From positions 310,001 to 374,000 of the forward strand of contig CM052825.1 of NCBI GenBank assembly GCA_028534125.1: a stretch of DNA of 64,000 nucleotides, in the 5' to 3' direction. Within the stretch, counting starts at the first letter, position 1. Each line of letters opens with the position of its first letter. This document shows, one piece after another, positions 61,881 to 64,000 of this stretch. The position numbers and the translations under genes were made by a program. This stretch comes from Lama glama (lineage: Eukaryota). The notes beneath the pieces are model-generated. The model did no database searches, was not told where the DNA came from, and saw nothing but the letters and a program-made list of their open reading frames with translations.

Positions 61881-62654
61881 CGTAGGCTACAACTGTCCAG
61901 GCCCGTGTGTCAGTGCGCCCCGCTGAGCAGGGAAGTCCTCAGAAGAACGCAGTGCTGGCCGGCAAGTGCGGTGTAACCAGCGCACTCTGTAAAGGCGCCT
62001 CCCCGACACCGTCCACAGCTCACTGCTGGAAGGATCGATGCCTTGTCGTTGCCCGGCCTCCTGAAGCCCGGATCCGGGAGAAGCTCAGAGTCTGTGTTCT
62101 GCCAGCAGGTGAGGACTATCTCACCCCCCAAAGTCTCCGCCTGGAGAGCTCCACCTCCCCAACCCCGGCTCACTCGCCTGGGCGCCAGGCGCCGCGTCGC
62201 ACCCGGGCCGGATGGAGGCCTCGGACGCCTGCTCCCCACTCCCGACGCAAGTGGGGAAAGCTGAGCACCCCAGGCTTCCAGCAGAGGCAGCGGGAAGTGA
62301 ACGGGCATCAGGGCTCTTCAAGGCACCTTACATTTTGGGGATGTCAGATCCACTGCAAACACGGGGAACAGCCTCCCCAGTAAAAGCAGCCACGTGTAAA
62401 TGCACGCGTACGACTTCAGAGCATCCACAGAATCACCCCAAAGCCAGTAGGTATCAGGACAGGAAAAAGACATGAACTCAACCGGTCTCGCGCCTGGACG
62501 CCGCTGGGTCGGCATCGGGGGCAGGGGCGCCCGGCCCTCACACCCTCTGCTCGGGCTGGACACGGCCGGCGCCCGTCGGACAAAGCGGACCTGCTCCCGT
62601 GCGCTCTGTGTGACTGGCTCTTTCCTCCCACCGCCCCGCCCATGCCCACGGCAG

Positions 62655-63058
62655 CTGCTGGGGCTGAGCTGTGTCCCCAAATAGATCTCTGCGGTCCTAC
62701 TCTCAGACCTCAGAATGTGACCGTATTTGGGGACGGGGTCTCACAGAGGTCATTAGTTAAAGCGAGGACATCAGGGTGGACCCAAAGCCCACAGGACTGT
62801 CCCTTTTATATAAAAAGAGGAAGAGGCCACGTGAAGGAGGCAGAGGTGGGGAGACGTGTCCACCAGCCAGGGAGCCCGAGGACAGACAGAGCCCCAGCAT
62901 CGAGGGGCCAGGCCTGGGAAGACCCCGGAAGTCCTCTGGGGGGAGCCCGCCCGGCGGCACCTGGGTCTCATACCTCAGCCCCCAGGCTGCGCGAGAGGCG
63001 ACTTTGACAGTTAAGCCCCCAACGTGGGTGCTTTGTCACAGCCGCCCAAGCACACTCT
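62655..63058 (+). mobile_element. MLT1B/C-like MaLR solo LTR
   Basis: gggctgagctgtgtccccaaa...acctcagaatgtgaccgtatttggggacggggtct...ccacgtgaaggaggcagagg...ctttgtcacagccgccc. Confidence 0.85.
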
Positions 63059-64000
63059 GGTGGCAACGCAGTGACCGTCACCGAGAAAATAAGGATTCAT
63101 GCCACCCCCTTACAGTTAAGTAAAAGAAAATGCTCGGTTTAGAACCAAGACTGGAACCTAGGCTTCCTGGTCGTCTGCAGACGAGTCACCCCACCTCTTC
63201 CAGACATCAGCCCTCACCTGTCAGAGGCAGGTCACCAAGGCTTCTCCAGGCAAGTATGACCAGTCCACCTCCCTACACCTCCACCCTTGTCCCCGCCTCT
63301 CCCCCAAGCTCCAGTCCCACAGCCTCTCTGACAGCTCAAGCACGTCCAAAGCATCACTTTGACCTTTTCCGGTCCAACCGTTCTCTTCCTACTGTCCCCT
63401 TCTTGGCAGGTGGCACCCCCTTCAGACCAAACGCCAGGAGTCATGCCCCACACCTCTCTCCTCCCCCTACCTCCAGTCCACCAGCAAGACCTGGAACAGC
63501 CCCACCAAAGCCAGCAGCCCCCAGCTCCTCTCTCCCCATCTCCGCTCCCCAGTGACAGTAGCACCCTGCCCCTGCCAAGCGTAACAACCCAAAGTGTCTG
63601 CAGCCACTGCACACGTCCCCTGGGGGCAGGAGACCCCTAGATGAGACCGTCTGCTCTAGTCTCACCCTGTGGCCTCAGCTCAGGTCTGGCCGGGACCCCG
63701 CCTCTGGCCTCCTAAGGAGCTCCCTGTCTCGGTCCTGCCAATAGGTCACCCCCTGAAAGACAGGGCACCAGGCTGGGGTCACTGGTGAACAAACCAGGTT
63801 AAGTAAGGATGCACGACACCCCCTCTTCAAACGTGAGGGAACAATCCCATCCCCCGCCCCCGGCCTCGGTGCGGGACTGGGGACTGGAGCTCCTCTCCTC
63901 ACGGGGACCTCAAAAGTAACCAGAGAGACACGGATTAAGGCCACGTGGCCAGGTCCACCTATTCAAAAACAGCTTTTAAAATTAAAACAGCCAAAGTGGG

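Overview
Mammalian, GC-rich genomic DNA, not prokaryotic. The whole window lies inside the minus-strand gene PRKAR1B (PKA regulatory subunit RI-beta). Seven internal coding exons were mapped by hand with canonical AG/GT ends: 51296-51126 (171 nt), 50121-50030 (92), 20410-20349 (62), 19885-19839 (47), 12154-11996 (159), 5896-5836 (61) and 2383-2262 (122). They splice in frame to 238 aa (about residues 60-297: linker, inhibitor site, CNB-A, start of CNB-B). The first and last coding exons are outside the window. The rest is intronic and contains old L1, L2, MIR, MLT and Tigger fossils, three tRNA-derived SINEs of the camelid vic-1 type (source probably a camelid) and one N gap. The other ORFs in the track are GC-content or L1 artefacts. 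Most notable observations: (1) a 62-bp tandem triplication of the exon 7 splice acceptor, giving two frameshifting decoy acceptors; (2) a (TTAGGG)4 tract fused to an internal L1 fragment in a truncated MIR, oriented as if telomerase and then L1 reverse transcriptase extended one broken end; (3) a ~95% identical intronic inverted repeat with one-sided CpG loss; (4) strong AT-to-GC drift in old repeats plus unusual RI-beta substitutions, including His at P-4 of the inhibitor site; (5) a candidate poison exon. Repeat family names and human protein comparisons are from recalled consensus sequences, not database searches.
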